A stretch of DNA of 49,455 nucleotides from a bacterium (lineage in GTDB: Bacteria > Patescibacteriota > Patescibacteriia > Patescibacteriales > GWC2-42-12). The stretch is taken from NCBI GenBank assembly GCA_030649205.1, contig JAUSGE010000014.1, forward strand, positions 94,717 through 144,171, written 5' to 3'. This document shows, one piece after another, positions 35,064-44,855 of the stretch. The first letter of the stretch is position 1; each line of letters starts with the position of its first letter. Position numbers and translations under genes: made by a program. A model generated the notes under the pieces. That model worked only from the letters and a program-made list of their open reading frames with translations, had not been told where the DNA came from and did no database searches.

Positions 35064-36875
35064 ATGCCTCAAGATATTGCCGCGTTCGCGGAAGCCAATT
35101 TCCGCAACCAGCATAGAAAATTTGGAATTAAAACCGACGACCGGCGCCGGCATATGTATTTAATCGGAAAAACCGGCATGGGAAAATCCACCATCCTGGA
35201 AAATATGATTGTTGATGATATCAGGGCCGGCAAGGGCGTTATGGTGGTTGATCCGCACGGTGATTTAGCGGAAAAAATTGTTGAATACATCCCGGCCAGC
35301 CGAGTTAATGATGTAATCTATTTTAATCCGGCTGACATGGAATATCCGATTGCTTTTAACATCGTTGAGCAGGTGGAGCCGCATTTAAGGCACCTGGTCG
35401 CTTCCGGCTTAATCGGGGTGTTTAAAAAGCTTTGGGCCGATTCCTGGGGGCCGCGGCTGGAATATATTTTAAGGAACGCCATTCTGGCGATTTTGGATTA
35501 TCCCGGCTCAACTCTGTTGGCGGTTACCAGAATGCTCTCGGATAAAAGCTTTCGCAAAAAAGTAATAGAAAAAATCCAGGACCCGGTGGTTAAATCTTTT
35601 TGGGTCAATGAATTCGCCGGCTATGCCAATAATTTCGCCTCCGAAGCGGTTTCGCCAATCCAAAATAAAGTTGGCCAGTTTTTGTCCAGTTCGCTGGTCA
35701 GAAATATTGTCGGCCAGGTAAAATCATCAATTGATTTAAGGGAGGTGATGGATTCGGGAAAAATCTTGATTATGAATTTAAGCAAAGGCCGCATCGGCGA
35801 AGATAATTCGGCTCTTTTGGGGGCGATGATGATTACCAAGGTCCAACTTTCGGCTATGAGCCGGGTTGATATTTTGGAAAAAGAACGCCACGATTTTTAT
35901 TTATACATAGACGAATTTCAAAATTTTACCACCGACAGCTTTGCCAATATTTTATCCGAAGCCAGAAAGTACCGCCTGAATCTGATTATGGCCCATCAGT
36001 ATATTGAACAGCTGGGGGAAATAGTTAAGCCGGCCGTTTTTGGCAATGTCGGCACGATTATAGTTTTTCGCGTCGGCGCGACCGATGCCGAGGAATTGGT
36101 TAAAGAATTTACGCCCGTGTTCACGGAAGAGGATTTAGTTAATTTGCCGAAGTATGAATTTTATATAAAGTTGATGATTGAGGGCATATCCTCGGATCCG
36201 TTTTCCGCCCGCGGCCTGCCCCCTTTAACCGATGAAGAAAGAACCGGCAATAAAGAAAAAGTCATAAAAGTGTCGCGCGAACGCTATGCTAAGCAGAAAG
36301 CCGTGGTGGAAGATAAAATTTCTCGCTGGCATACCAATAATGAAGAAACTGATCAGGCGGCCGTGAAAGAAGCGGTTAGGCGCCAGCCTAGGGAAATCGC
36401 CCGCGCGCCCTTCGCGGCCAGGGAAGAAATCGCCAGACTGCCCAAGCCGCCGGCTCCGCCGGCGATTAAGGAAAGAGCGGCTGAACCGTGGCTGAATAAA
36501 AATAATCAGCCGGCGGCGTTAAAGCATGACGCAGTCTGCAGCCGTTGCGGCCAGGCGACCCAAGTATCGTTCGCGCCGGACGGCATCAGGCCGATTTTTT
36601 GTAAAAATTGCTTGACTTTGGCTAAACAGGAAAAAAACCAAGAAGTAGAATTAAGGCTGGAAGCGAAAAAACAGGAGCTGAACAAAATTAATCAGTCCGC
36701 GCCGGGGGCAATCAGCCTTAATCAGGCTATAAAAAGCGGGCCGGTTGATTTTCAGGGCAAAAGGATTCAGCCGCGGCCGTTTTCCGGCAAACGGGAAAAT
36801 TATAGCGAGGAGAATAAGCGTGATGCCGGAGCGGCTGGAGGAAATTTAAAAGAAGATGAAGCGGTTGTTTTATAA
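35064..36875 (+). CDS. VirD4/TraD/HerA-like P-loop ATPase with C-terminal CxxC-x17-CxxC-type zinc ribbon
   Basis: DRRRHMYLIGKTGMGKS, DPHGDL, LYIDEFQNF, SEARKYRL, AHQY; CSRC..PIFCKNC. Confidence 0.82.
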   Translation: MPQDIAAFAEANFRNQHRKFGIKTDDRRRHMYLIGKTGMGKSTILENMIVDDIRAGKGVMVVDPHGDLAEKIVEYIPASRVNDVIYFNPADMEYPIAFNIVEQVEPHLRHLVASGLIGVFKKLWADSWGPRLEYILRNAILAILDYPGSTLLAVTRMLSDKSFRKKVIEKIQDPVVKSFWVNEFAGYANNFASEAVSPIQNKVGQFLSSSLVRNIVGQVKSSIDLREVMDSGKILIMNLSKGRIGEDNSALLGAMMITKVQLSAMSRVDILEKERHDFYLYIDEFQNFTTDSFANILSEARKYRLNLIMAHQYIEQLGEIVKPAVFGNVGTIIVFRVGATDAEELVKEFTPVFTEEDLVNLPKYEFYIKLMIEGISSDPFSARGLPPLTDEERTGNKEKVIKVSRERYAKQKAVVEDKISRWHTNNEETDQAAVKEAVRRQPREIARAPFAAREEIARLPKPPAPPAIKERAAEPWLNKNNQPAALKHDAVCSRCGQATQVSFAPDGIRPIFCKNCLTLAKQEKNQEVELRLEAKKQELNKINQSAPGAISLNQAIKSGPVDFQGKRIQPRPFSGKRENYSEENKRDAGAAGGNLKEDEAVVL

Positions 36876-36891
36876 ACTACCTTGACTTTTT

Positions 36892-37644
36892 ATGATGCTA
36901 AAAGCGAGTTTGCATATTCATACCTTTGAAGATAAGCTCGAAGGCCATCTTATTAAATACAATGTTTATGAGCTGATTGATTGGGCATCACAGCTCGGGT
37001 TTAAGGTTTTAGGCTTAACCTGCCATAAAAAATTCGTCTATCAGGACGATTATGTTAAATATGCCGCCGGCAAAGGCATTCTGCTTTTATTGGGCATTGA
37101 GCTGCAGATGAAAAAAATAATGCGCAATGATTTGGTGGTCTTAAATATTGACCCCAAAGAAGCCGGGGAGATTGAAAAAATAAACAGTTTTAAAAAATTA
37201 TCAGACTATAAAAAAAAACACCCGGGGATTTTCGTGCTGGCCGCCCATCCGCTGGCTGACCGCCGTTTTTCCATGGGACGGAAAAAATTGGTCAAAAATA
37301 TTGATCTGTTTGACAGCGTGGAGCATGTTTGGTTCTATTCGCGGCGGCTGTTTAATCCTAATAAAAAAGTCAAGAAAATAACCGAAAGATTCAATAAGCC
37401 GTTTCTGGCCACCTCTGATGCGCATTTTTTAAAATATTTTAATACCGATTACGCCTTAGTTGACGCTGACGATCTGGAACCGGCAAGTTTTTTCGCCGCC
37501 ATTAAGCTCGGCCGGTTTATCAACGTGACCAAGCCAAAAAAAATTCATCAGCTATTGTGGTGCGTGATTAATTTTCAATTGAAAAAAATCATTTTTTTCG
37601 CCAAAAAGCATAAGCGCGAAAAAAAACTTTTAAATTATGGATAG
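36892..37644 (+). CDS. PHP-family phosphoesterase
   Basis: LHIHT, LTCH, GIE, AAHP, TSDAH. Confidence 0.78.
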   Translation: MMLKASLHIHTFEDKLEGHLIKYNVYELIDWASQLGFKVLGLTCHKKFVYQDDYVKYAAGKGILLLLGIELQMKKIMRNDLVVLNIDPKEAGEIEKINSFKKLSDYKKKHPGIFVLAAHPLADRRFSMGRKKLVKNIDLFDSVEHVWFYSRRLFNPNKKVKKITERFNKPFLATSDAHFLKYFNTDYALVDADDLEPASFFAAIKLGRFINVTKPKKIHQLLWCVINFQLKKIIFFAKKHKREKKLLNYG

Positions 37645-38302
37645 AATAATTCACAACTCTATTTTCAGTCTGGACAAGGTCTACCTCCGCTACCGCTGGC
37701 TGGGCGATGTCTACATCAACGATTACCAGCTTTTTACGATTTTTTGGAATTTGATTTTAGCGCTGACTCCGCTGGCGCTTTATTTTATTTTAAGAAAATA
37801 CGCCGCCGAAACCAGATTGGCCGGCCTCGGGCAAAAAATTATCGCCATCGTTTTATTTTTTGTTTGGCTGCTATTTTTTCCCAATACCGCCTACATTATA
37901 ACTGACGTCAGGCACCTGTTGAATTATTGCCCGGCTGATTCGCCGTTTAAAGTTTGCGAAGAAAATGCCTGGATGATTATGCTCTTTTTCACATATTCAA
38001 GCCTGGGCTGGATTTCTTTTTATTATTTATTGAAGCAAATGGCGAAATTGGCGGGCGAAATATTCAGCAGATTTATTTCACGCGTTTTTATCGCTTTAGC
38101 CATACCCGTGACGGCGCTGGGAGTGCTCGTCGGCCTATTTAACCGTTTTAACAGTTTGGACGCGATTTTATTTCCCGTACAATTCATTAAAGTTATCGGA
38201 CTTTACTTTTCCGACATTAATTATTTTTTAAATTGGTTGATTTTTACGGTTTTTTTGTATTTGCTATATCTGGCCGGGGATGTTATATTCAGAAAAGTAT
38301 GA
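37637..38302 (+). CDS. DUF1361-like integral membrane protein
   Basis: WNLILALTP, WLLFFPNTAYIITDVRH, RFNS. Confidence 0.78.
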   Translation: MDRIIHNSIFSLDKVYLRYRWLGDVYINDYQLFTIFWNLILALTPLALYFILRKYAAETRLAGLGQKIIAIVLFFVWLLFFPNTAYIITDVRHLLNYCPADSPFKVCEENAWMIMLFFTYSSLGWISFYYLLKQMAKLAGEIFSRFISRVFIALAIPVTALGVLVGLFNRFNSLDAILFPVQFIKVIGLYFSDINYFLNWLIFTVFLYLLYLAGDVIFRKV

Positions 38303-38384
38303 ACCCCGTTAGAAATTAGCTATTTAACGGGTATTTTTGTTAAAATATGCCAGAAGAAGGGAAAAACATAATTTCTAACGGGGT
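38303..38384. repeat. MITE-like element with 16-bp terminal inverted repeats overlapping the start of the next CDS
   Basis: ACCCCGTTAGAAATTA ... TAATTTCTAACGGGGT. Confidence 0.75.
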
Positions 38385-39906
38385 GAATTATCATAAAATT
38401 AGCAAGGCAACCGATTTGACCGCAAAAAAAGATCGCTGGCTTTATCGTTTTTTGGAAATTTTACCGGGTTGGCTGTCATGGTCTACCTTGATAATTTTAT
38501 TGCTGTTTTCATGGCTAAGGCCGATCTGGGTGGCTTATTTTATTATTGCTTTTGATGTTTATTGGCTGTTATTGGTGATTTACTTGGGCATTAACCTTTT
38601 CGCCGCTTATATAACCATGAAAAAAAATATTAGCGTTGATTGGCGGGAAAAATGCGAAAAATTGGCCTGGACTGATATAATTCACTTAGTAATTTTTCCA
38701 ACATACAATGAAGGCTTGGAGGTCATCAGGCCAAGTTTTGAGGCCTTGATTAAGGACGGTTATCCAACCGACAAGATGATTATGGTTTTGGCGATTGAGG
38801 AGCGGGCAGGCGAGGCGGCCTATGCCAGAGCCGCCGCGATTGCCAGCGAATTTGGCGATAAATTTAAGCATTTTTTAATTACCGTTCACCCCGACGCCAT
38901 CGCCGGAGAGATTAAGGGGAAGGGATCTAACCAGGCTTGGGCGGCTAAACAGGCGAAACTGCTGATAGATGAGCATAATTATAATTATGACAAAATTTTA
39001 GTCAGCGTTTTTGACATGGACACAGTGGTCATACCCGGTTATTTTTTCTGTTTAACCTATAAATTTTTAACCGTGCCGCGGCCCTACCGCGCGAGTTATC
39101 AGCCCATACCGGTTTACCACAATAACATTTGGCAGGCGCCGTTTTTCGCGCGCGTGGCCGCGTCGTCCAATACTTTTTGGCAGATGATGCAGCAAATTAG
39201 GCAGGAAAAACTGGCGACTTATTCATCGCATTCCATGACCTGGCGCGCTTTGGTGGATATAGATTTTTGGTCAACCAACATGGTGAGCGAGGATTCGCGT
39301 ATTTTCTGGCATTGCTATCTTTATTACCGCGGCGACTATCGCGTTGAGCCGCTGTACTTTCCGGTTTCCATGGATGTTTGTATGGATGAGACTATCAGGC
39401 GCACCATGAAAAATTTATATAAACAGCAAAGGCGCTGGGGCTGGGGCGTGGAAAATCTGCCGTACTTGATGTTCAACGCTATCAAGCAGAGAAAAGATTT
39501 ACCGCTGGGGCGGGCAGCCAATAAAATTTTAATACAGCTTTACGGTTTTCATTCTTGGGCCACCAACGCGCTGATTATCGGCGTCATCGGCTGGATGCCC
39601 ATGATACTGGGCGGCAATCAATTTAATGTAACCGTGTTGTCCAGCAATCTGCCCGTGGTGTCGCGAACCTTAATGACCGTGGCCATGGTTGGCATGGTAT
39701 TTTCCGCCGTCATATCTACGATGCTTCTGCCCAAAAGGCCGCCCCATTATGGCCTTGGCAAAAGCATCGCCATGATTCTGCAGTGGCTTATTTTGCCGGT
39801 CAGCATCATAGTTTTCGGCGCCATTCCCGGACTGGACGCGCAGACTAGGCTAATGTTTGGAAAATATATGGGGTTTTGGGTAACGCCGAAGGCGAGGAAA
39901 AGCTGA
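38347..39906 (+). CDS. Membrane-bound GT2 family glycosyltransferase (processive synthase-like)
   Basis: PTYNE, KGKGSN, FDMD, SED, QQRRWGWG; flanking TM helices. Confidence 0.85.
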   Translation: MPEEGKNIISNGVNYHKISKATDLTAKKDRWLYRFLEILPGWLSWSTLIILLLFSWLRPIWVAYFIIAFDVYWLLLVIYLGINLFAAYITMKKNISVDWREKCEKLAWTDIIHLVIFPTYNEGLEVIRPSFEALIKDGYPTDKMIMVLAIEERAGEAAYARAAAIASEFGDKFKHFLITVHPDAIAGEIKGKGSNQAWAAKQAKLLIDEHNYNYDKILVSVFDMDTVVIPGYFFCLTYKFLTVPRPYRASYQPIPVYHNNIWQAPFFARVAASSNTFWQMMQQIRQEKLATYSSHSMTWRALVDIDFWSTNMVSEDSRIFWHCYLYYRGDYRVEPLYFPVSMDVCMDETIRRTMKNLYKQQRRWGWGVENLPYLMFNAIKQRKDLPLGRAANKILIQLYGFHSWATNALIIGVIGWMPMILGGNQFNVTVLSSNLPVVSRTLMTVAMVGMVFSAVISTMLLPKRPPHYGLGKSIAMILQWLILPVSIIVFGAIPGLDAQTRLMFGKYMGFWVTPKARKS

Positions 39907-39921
39907 AAATGTAAAGTTTTC

Positions 39922-40052
39922 TATCATTGCGAGGAGGAGCGCAGCGACGACGCGGCAATCTCCGGTAAGTCGCTAATAACCGGAGATTGTCATGGCTACG
40001 CCAGATCTCGCGTAGCGATTGACTTCGCTCCTTTCAGTCGCTCGCAATGACA
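39922..40052. repeat. Family A doublet with nested AGATCT-centred palindrome
   Basis: TCATTGCGAG...CTCGCAATGACA; insert GGCTACGCCAGATCTCGCGTAGC. Confidence 0.85.
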
Positions 40053-40076
40053 GTATATGCTATAATTACAATCAAT

Positions 40077-40529
40077 ATGATTAGCGGAGTAATTATAAAG
40101 AAAATTAATAAAAATGTTGATGCCAGGGGCTGGCTGGCGGAAATTTACCGCGCCGACGAGTTGAATTATCGGCCGATGATGGGTTATGTCAGCGTTACCA
40201 ATCCGGGGGTGATTCGCGGGCCGCATGAGCATAAACAGCAGAGCGACGCTTTTGTTTTTATCGGGCCGGGAAATTTTGAATTGCATTTATGGGACGGGCG
40301 TTCCGGCAGCGCGACCGAAGGAGAATATCTGAAAATTGAAGCCGGGGAGAATAATCCTGTTATGGCAATTGTGCCGCCCGGGGTGGTGCACGGCTATAAA
40401 TGCCTTGGGGCCGCCGCCGGCTGGTGCATAAATTTACCGGATAAATTGTACCGCGGAGAGGGTAAAGCTGGCGAAGTGGATGAAATCAGGTGGGAGGGCA
40501 ATTCAGAGTCGCCTTATAGAATAGAATAA
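40077..40529 (+). CDS. rmlC: dTDP-4-dehydrorhamnose 3,5-epimerase family (cupin)
   Basis: DARGWLAEIYR, PGVIRGPHEH, VPPGVVHGY; rml locus downstream. Confidence 0.75.
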   Translation: MISGVIIKKINKNVDARGWLAEIYRADELNYRPMMGYVSVTNPGVIRGPHEHKQQSDAFVFIGPGNFELHLWDGRSGSATEGEYLKIEAGENNPVMAIVPPGVVHGYKCLGAAAGWCINLPDKLYRGEGKAGEVDEIRWEGNSESPYRIE

Positions 40530-40543
40530 TAATTTTAAATTTT

Positions 40544-40942
40544 ATGGACTGTATCTTCTGTAAAATAATTTCCGGCGAAGTGCCAAGCCTTAAAGTCTAC
40601 GAAGATGAATTTACGCTGGCATTTTTAGATATTAACCCGGTCAACCCGGGCCATACATTAGTCGTGCCGAAAAAGCACCTGGTTAATTTTGAAGACGCGG
40701 ATGAAGAAACCTTATGCCGGCTGATAAAAATTGTTAAAAAAGTCGGTTTTAGCCTGAAAAATAATTTAAGCGCGCCTGGCTATAACGTCGCGGTAAATAA
40801 CGACCCGATTGCCGGCCAAGTGGTGCCGCATTTGCATTTCCATGTTATTCCGAGAAAGGAAAATGACAATATCAAATTATGGCCGCAAAGAAGCTACGCG
40901 GGCGGCGAGGCAACGGAAATTTTGAAGAAAATTAAAATTTAG
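40544..40942 (+). CDS. HIT family hydrolase
   Basis: CIFCKI, AFLDINP, GHTLVVPK, HLHFHVIPR. Confidence 0.93.
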   Translation: MDCIFCKIISGEVPSLKVYEDEFTLAFLDINPVNPGHTLVVPKKHLVNFEDADEETLCRLIKIVKKVGFSLKNNLSAPGYNVAVNNDPIAGQVVPHLHFHVIPRKENDNIKLWPQRSYAGGEATEILKKIKI

Positions 40943-40947
40943 ATTTT

Positions 40948-42177
40948 ATGAGGATAGCTCTTTTTAGCGATCACTTTTATCCCGAGATCGGCGGCATTCA
41001 GGATTCCGTCGCCTGTCTGGGCCGCGAGTTAAATAAGCGGGGGCATCAGCTGAATTTTTTCGTGGCCCAGTGGTCGGAAAAAGATTTTGCCAAGGCTAAA
41101 TTGCCGGTTAAGGAAATTTATTTGGGAAATAATGTTAAGATAACGAGATTTTTTTCTCTGCCGGTTAAAAGCCCGACCCAGCAGTCAAGGCTGGTGATTC
41201 CTAATTTTCTGCGCTGGCTGGCCGTGAAAAAGTTTAAGCCGGATATCATCCACAGCCACACTTTTTTCGGCTTGGGCCTGGAGGCGGCCGCCGCCGCGCG
41301 AATTTTAAAAGTTCCTTTGGTCGGCACCAACCATTGGGTGATTACTGAATTTAACGGCTACAGCCCGGTGGCGGCTAAAGCGTTTGCCCGCCTAAGCCTG
41401 AAAGCGGTAATCTGGTATTATAATCATTGCGATTTTGTAACCGCGCCGTCCCGAACCGTGCTTGATGAAATGGCGGCCAACGGTTTTGTTAAGCCTCATC
41501 AGGTTGTTTCCAATCAAATTGATTTGGAAATATTCAAGCCAGACGCAAATTTGGATATTAAAAAAATTAAAGCCGAATTCGGCGTATCTCCGGCTACGGT
41601 CGCCTGCGCCGGCCGATTGGGACAGGAAAAAAATATTGACGTGGTTATCCGCGCTGTGGCCTTGGTAAAACAGCGCTTGCCCAATGTGAGGCTGGCGATC
41701 GCCGGCCACGGCAGCGCGGAATCAGGCTTGCGAAAATTGGCTAATGAATTGCGCCTTGAAGAAAACGTTAAATTTCTCGGCACTTTGACGCAGGCCGGTT
41801 TAGCCAGGCTTTACCGGGCCAGCGAAATTTTTACCATCGCCAGCACCTCGGAAAGCCAAAGCATGGTTCTCTTGCAAGCTATGGCCTGCGGTTTGCCGGT
41901 TATCGGCGCAAATTGGCGCGCTTTGCCCGAGTATATAAATAAGCAAAACGGCTTCTTGTTTAAGCCTTATGATCACCGGGAATTGGCCGAAAAAATAGTT
42001 TATCTGCTGGAGCATGCTGAAGCGAGAAAATCGCTGGGTCGCGGCGGCTTGGAATTTGTCCAAAGTTTTTCCGCGTCTGAAATCGGCAAAAAATGGGAAG
42101 AAATTTATGAACGAGTAATAGAAGATAAAGACGTCGGACGTCTTGGAGACGTCCGACGTCCGGCTAAAAATAATTAA
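40948..42177 (+). CDS. GT4 glycosyltransferase (diacylglycerol glucosyltransferase-like)
   Basis: MRIALFSDHFYPEIGG, IIHSHT, GRLGQEKN, SESQSMVLLQAMACGLPV. Confidence 0.88.
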   Translation: MRIALFSDHFYPEIGGIQDSVACLGRELNKRGHQLNFFVAQWSEKDFAKAKLPVKEIYLGNNVKITRFFSLPVKSPTQQSRLVIPNFLRWLAVKKFKPDIIHSHTFFGLGLEAAAAARILKVPLVGTNHWVITEFNGYSPVAAKAFARLSLKAVIWYYNHCDFVTAPSRTVLDEMAANGFVKPHQVVSNQIDLEIFKPDANLDIKKIKAEFGVSPATVACAGRLGQEKNIDVVIRAVALVKQRLPNVRLAIAGHGSAESGLRKLANELRLEENVKFLGTLTQAGLARLYRASEIFTIASTSESQSMVLLQAMACGLPVIGANWRALPEYINKQNGFLFKPYDHRELAEKIVYLLEHAEARKSLGRGGLEFVQSFSASEIGKKWEEIYERVIEDKDVGRLGDVRRPAKNN

Positions 42178-42188
42178 AATTATAAATT

Positions 42189-42959
42189 ATGAAATTAAGC
42201 ATTGTTATTCCCGCCTATAACGAAGAGGCGCGCATCGGCGGCTGTTTAAATTCAATTTTGGCGGAAATGCATGGAAAAAAATACGACATGGAAATCGTGG
42301 CGGTAAATAATGCTTCTACCGACCGGACCAGAGAAATCATTTTGTCATTTCCCGATGTTAAGCTGGCTGACGAACCGAATAAGGGCTTGGTCAAGGCGCG
42401 CCGCGCCGGCTACTTGGCGTCAAGCGGCGAATTGGTGGCCAATATTGACGCTGATACCAGGATGACTCCGGGCTGGATTGATAAAGTACTGGATGAATTT
42501 TCCAAAAATAAAAAATTAGTGGCCTTAAGCGGGCCGTTTATTTATTACGATTTATCAAAAAACGCCCAGGCGGCCGTGCGGACATTCTATTACGCCGGTT
42601 TTTTTTCCTATTTGATTAACCGCTACATTCTTGGCGTGGGGTCCATGCTGCAGGGCGGTAATTTTGTGGTTAAACGCGCGGCCATGGAGGCGATCGGCGG
42701 CTTTAATTCGGATTTTGATTTTTGGGGCGAAGATACTGATTTAGCGCGGCGCTTGGTCAAGGTCGGGGGCGTTAAATTTACTTTTGATTTGCCGATTTAC
42801 GCCTCGGGCCGGAGGCTGGAAAAAGAGGGCATTGCCAAAACCGGCTGGCGCTACACTCTGAACTATTTTTCCACGATTTTTTTCAAAAAGCCTTACGCTA
42901 CGGTGGCGAAAAATTTTAAAGATAAATATGAAAAAACTTTGGCGAAAATTAAAGAATAA
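42189..42959 (+). CDS. GT2 glycosyltransferase
   Basis: SIVIPAYNEE, NNASTD, IDAD, GGNF, GED. Confidence 0.9.
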   Translation: MKLSIVIPAYNEEARIGGCLNSILAEMHGKKYDMEIVAVNNASTDRTREIILSFPDVKLADEPNKGLVKARRAGYLASSGELVANIDADTRMTPGWIDKVLDEFSKNKKLVALSGPFIYYDLSKNAQAAVRTFYYAGFFSYLINRYILGVGSMLQGGNFVVKRAAMEAIGGFNSDFDFWGEDTDLARRLVKVGGVKFTFDLPIYASGRRLEKEGIAKTGWRYTLNYFSTIFFKKPYATVAKNFKDKYEKTLAKIKE

Positions 42960-42968
42960 AGTAAAAAT

Positions 42969-43976
42969 ATGAAAATTATAGTAACCGGCGGCGCCGGCTT
43001 TATCGGCTCAAATTTTATTAGGTATTGGTTAAACAAATATCCGGATGACCGCCTTACAAATTTGGACGCCTTAACTTACGCGGGCAATTTGGAAAATTTA
43101 CGGGAGGTGGAAAAAAACAAGAATTATAAATTTATAAAAGGCGATATTTGCGACGAAAATTTGGTTAACGACGCAGTCAAGGGTATGGACGCAATAGTCC
43201 ATTTTGCGGCCGAGTCGCATGTTGATCGGTCAATTATGGATTGCCGCGATTTTATTCGCGCCAATGTGATGGGCACCAGAAATCTATTGGACGCGGCCAA
43301 AAATAACGGTTTTGTAAGATTCCATCATATTTCAACCGACGAGGTGTTTGGTTCGCTTGGGCCCCGCGATAAAGCGTTTAATGAAAGAACGCCATACGAT
43401 CCGCGCAGCCCTTACAGCGCCTCCAAGGCCGCGTCAGACCATTTAGTGCGCGCCTATTGGCATACGCATAAACTGCCGATCACCATTTCCAATTGTTCCA
43501 ATAATTACGGCCCCTATCAGTTTCCGGAAAAAGTTATTCCGCTGTTTATTACGAATCTCATGGCCGGAAAAAAAGTCCCGGTTTACGGGCAAGGCGAGAA
43601 TATCCGCGATTGGATTTACGTTGATGATCATAACGCCGGCGTTGATGCCATAATTAAAAAGGGCCAGATCGGCGAAACTTACTGTCTGGGCGGAAATAGC
43701 GAACTGACAAATTTGGAACTGACCAAGAAAATTTTAAATTTAATGGGCAAGGGCGAGGAAATGATTGAATACGTTGCTGATCGGCCGGGACATGACTTGC
43801 GCTATGCCATGGATTTTTCTAAAGCCGCCAATGAACTTGGCTGGCGGCCGGCCGTGAGCTTTGAGCAGGGCTTGAAAAAAACCATAGAATGGTATAAAAA
43901 TAATAATGGCTGGCGGCAGAATATTAAGAGCGGAGAGTATTTGGAGTATTATAAAAAGAATTATTTAGAACGCTAA
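42969..43976 (+). CDS. rmlB: dTDP-glucose 4,6-dehydratase
   Basis: TGGAGFIGSN, LTYAGN, FAAESHVDRS, STDEV, YSASK, NNYGPYQFPEK, DRPGHD. Confidence 0.96.
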   Translation: MKIIVTGGAGFIGSNFIRYWLNKYPDDRLTNLDALTYAGNLENLREVEKNKNYKFIKGDICDENLVNDAVKGMDAIVHFAAESHVDRSIMDCRDFIRANVMGTRNLLDAAKNNGFVRFHHISTDEVFGSLGPRDKAFNERTPYDPRSPYSASKAASDHLVRAYWHTHKLPITISNCSNNYGPYQFPEKVIPLFITNLMAGKKVPVYGQGENIRDWIYVDDHNAGVDAIIKKGQIGETYCLGGNSELTNLELTKKILNLMGKGEEMIEYVADRPGHDLRYAMDFSKAANELGWRPAVSFEQGLKKTIEWYKNNNGWRQNIKSGEYLEYYKKNYLER

Positions 43977-43979
43977 AAT

Positions 43980-44843
43980 ATGGCAAAAATATTAATTTTA
44001 GGCGCCAAGGGAAATCTGGGCCAGCAGTTAGTAAAAGTTTTTTCGCCCGGCAACGAAGTTATCGCTTGGGACCGGGGAGAGATTGACATAACCGACCGCG
44101 AGCTGATATTAAAAAAAATGGCCGATTTGAGGCCGGAGCTGGTAATTAACGCCGCGGCCTATAACGCGGTTGATAAATGCGAGGCGGATGACGGCGAATA
44201 TGAACTGGCTAAAAAAATAAATATTGACGGACCGAAATTTTTGGCCGAAGCCTGCCGGCTGGGCGGAGCAACCTTGATTCATTATTCCACCAATTACGTT
44301 TTTGACGGCGAAAAAAAGGGCGGCTATCAGGAAACCGACCAGCCTAAGCCGGCCAATCGCTACGGCAAAAGCAAACACCATGGTGAAAAAAGGATTTTAG
44401 AATTAAGCGGCTCCGGGCTGAAATGGTATTTAATCAGAACCTCTAAGTTATTCGGCCCCAGGGCCGAAAGCGAAATGGCCAAACAGAGTTTTTTTGATTT
44501 AATGCTGGAATTGAGCCGGAAGCAGGACCGGCTGGAAGCGGTGGATGAAGAATTAAGCTGTTTTGCTTATACGCCGGATTTGGCCCGGGCGACCAAAGAA
44601 TTAGTTGATAAAAACAGCGGTTACGGCATTTACCATATAACGAACAGCGGGGCATGCACCTGGTACGAAGCGGCGCTGGAATTATTTAAGCTTGCCGGAC
44701 TTAACATAAAAGTTTTACCGATTGCTGGCGATCGGCTGATTAGGCCGGCCAAACGTCCGAAATACGCGGTTTTGCTGAATACCAAGCGGCCGCCGATAAG
44801 GGACTATCGAGAGGCCTTAAAAGAGTATCTAAAAAAAATGTAA
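43980..44843 (+). CDS. rmlD: dTDP-4-dehydrorhamnose reductase
   Basis: GAKGNLG, NAAAYNAVD, YSTNYVFDG, YGKSK, RPAKRP. Confidence 0.92.
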   Translation: MAKILILGAKGNLGQQLVKVFSPGNEVIAWDRGEIDITDRELILKKMADLRPELVINAAAYNAVDKCEADDGEYELAKKINIDGPKFLAEACRLGGATLIHYSTNYVFDGEKKGGYQETDQPKPANRYGKSKHHGEKRILELSGSGLKWYLIRTSKLFGPRAESEMAKQSFFDLMLELSRKQDRLEAVDEELSCFAYTPDLARATKELVDKNSGYGIYHITNSGACTWYEAALELFKLAGLNIKVLPIAGDRLIRPAKRPKYAVLLNTKRPPIRDYREALKEYLKKM

Positions 44844-44855
44844 AATATTAAAATT

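Noticed and set aside
14297-40052. CRISPR array
   Set aside because: The repeats are dispersed palindromic doublets, not regularly spaced direct repeats with unique spacers.
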